Source of the DNA: Deltaproteobacteria bacterium | GTDB taxonomy: Bacteria; Myxococcota_A; UBA796; SXON01 | Length of the DNA stretch: 64,000 nucleotides | Direction: 5' to 3' | Assembly: GCA_947490345.1 (NCBI GenBank) | Contig: CANLGL010000001.1 | Span: 17,399 to 81,398 of the forward strand | Part shown: positions 62,773 through 64,000 of the stretch, one piece after another | Layout of the letters: each line of letters begins with the position of its first letter | Numbering within the stretch: position 1 is the stretch's first letter | The notes under the pieces: generated by a model | The model's input: only the letters and a program-made list of their open reading frames with translations | Told to the model about the DNA's origin: nothing | Database searches by the model: none | Program-made: the position numbers and the translations under genes

Positions 62773-64000
62773 ATGGCGCGTGGCCTGCTGCCCTTGGTTC
62801 TTGCGCTCGCGGGTTGTACGCCGGGCCCGCCGGATCCACGCCCGGGAATCATCGCCGGGATCCCCGAGGCCCGGTCGGTTCGCCTCGACGTCGCCGGTGC
62901 CGTGCGCGCGGGGCGCCACTTCGAGGCGTGCGCGGGCCTGAAACAGAGGCTTCGCACCACGGGGGCCGAGGCCGACTGGCAAGCGCTTCTGCTGGTCGCC
63001 GCGCGCGATCCGGCCTGCCTCGAGGTCGAGCAAGGTCGCCGCTTGGCGGGGTTCTTTCGCGGTCGCGCGGGCTGGGTCGATGCGGTCGGCGAGTGGGACG
63101 CAGCGCAAGGGGCGGCAGTGGATGTCGCGACGCTTTCGGCGTCGTCTCGGCTGCGGGTCCTCCTCCGTGGGGAGGACCAGCGCGCCGTCGTCATGGCCGC
63201 GGAGGCGGTACTTCGGGTCCAGGCGGACGACCCGTTTGCCTGCGCGGTGGTCATTCAGGATGCGACGGCGCGCGGAGAGCTTCGGGAGGCCGTCGAGAGC
63301 TGCCCCGAAGCGCAATCGCCGTCGCTCCTGCACGCGCGCGCCGCAGCGCTTGACGAGGCCGGGCGCTTCGAGGAGGCGGTGACCGCGTATGACGCCGCGG
63401 GCTACATCCTGCATGCGGCGGCCATCCTCTACCAAGAGCGCTCCGACCGCGACCTGGACGCGGTCGCGCGGATGGATGAAGCCGTGCCCCCAGCCGCCAT
63501 TCACCGCGCCTGGCTGGCGATCTTGCGAGGCCGTCCGGCCGAGCTCGGCGGGCTCGACGACAGCCCGGAAGCCACGCTCATCAGGGCCCTTTCCGGGGTA
63601 TCCGCGGCGCGGGACGCTCTGGTTGGGTTGGGGACCATTGAGGCCCGCGTGTTGCACGCCCGATTGGTGGGCGACCCGACCGAGCTCGACGCCGACCTTG
63701 CCGCCGACCCTCACCATGAGTTGCTCCTTCGCGCCGACCTCGGGATCCGGGTTGACCGGGGACTCGACACCGAAAGAGCCCTGAGTCGCCTGCTGGCGCT
63801 CGACCCGGACCACATCGTGCTCGCCGCGCGCTTCGGTCGGCGTGAGGCGCCCTGGCGGGCCCTCGTACCGTGGACGTGGCGTGAGCTGGCAACGCGCGTA
63901 CCCGGCCTTTCTTTTGCGGGACGAGATGAGGTGGGTGACCGTTGGCGCGCCGCTCTTGCGCTACCGCAGGGTGCCCGCGAGGCCGAACTGGACGCCCTTC
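62773..64000 (+). CDS. Hypothetical lipoprotein (helical/TPR-like), 3'-partial at the window edge
   Basis: ATG at 62773 with lipobox in MARGLLPLVLALAGC. Frame 1 stays open to base 64000 with G/C-rich third positions. It is not in the ORF track because no stop lies in the window. The opposite-strand track ORF 62605..63813 is its shadow. Confidence 0.7.
   Translation, partial: MARGLLPLVLALAGCTPGPPDPRPGIIAGIPEARSVRLDVAGAVRAGRHFEACAGLKQRLRTTGAEADWQALLLVAARDPACLEVEQGRRLAGFFRGRAGWVDAVGEWDAAQGAAVDVATLSASSRLRVLLRGEDQRAVVMAAEAVLRVQADDPFACAVVIQDATARGELREAVESCPEAQSPSLLHARAAALDEAGRFEEAVTAYDAAGYILHAAAILYQERSDRDLDAVARMDEAVPPAAIHRAWLAILRGRPAELGGLDDSPEATLIRALSGVSAARDALVGLGTIEARVLHARLVGDPTELDADLAADPHHELLLRADLGIRVDRGLDTERALSRLLALDPDHIVLAARFGRREAPWRALVPWTWRELATRVPGLSFAGRDEVGDRWRAALALPQGAREAELDAL

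Overview
This is a very GC-rich, gene-dense chromosomal segment that looks myxobacterial. Supporting signs are a MYXO-CTERM-type sorting tail, MopE-like DNDCDG repeat lipoproteins, a FYDLN_acid protein, many lipobox signals and frequent ATGA/GTGA start-stop overlaps. I support about 55 protein-coding genes, including partial genes at both window edges. I found no rRNA, tRNA or CRISPR.

Recognisable genes:
- DNA repair and RNA modification: sbcDC, truD.
- Metabolism: arginase, a PaaZ-type aldehyde dehydrogenase, a C-N hydrolase, aspartate kinase, a Zn alcohol dehydrogenase, a sulfotransferase, a rhodanese.
- Lipid synthesis: pssA and a second CDP-alcohol phosphatidyltransferase.
- Transport and envelope: a TonB-dependent receptor, an MFS transporter, a three-gene ABC-2 transporter, a tandem FKBP, a BNR propeller.
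- Signalling: an OmpR-type two-component pair.

Items most worth a second look:
1. An alpha-2-macroglobulin/complement-C3-like protein encoded as two translationally coupled chains. The split falls at the bait/linker position and there is no thioester motif.
2. A secreted two-lobed protein that resembles BPI/LBP/CETP lipid-transfer proteins by eye and carries a MYXO-CTERM tail.
3. A family of GTAG-plus-G/C-hairpin REP-like intergenic elements with six copies. Four copies are about 110-170 nt composites with covarying stems. A RayT-like HUH transposase gene lies in the same window.
4. Two weakly similar ~128-aa proteins, each heading a three-gene operon. One operon abuts a decayed IS110 element.
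5. An AstD-like aldehyde dehydrogenase lacking both catalytic residues.
6. An orphan fused KS/CLF-like ketosynthase coupled to an atypical TonB-dependent receptor.
7. A gene interrupted by a single in-frame TAG.

All functional calls rest on motif recognition by eye in the supplied translations. No searches were run.
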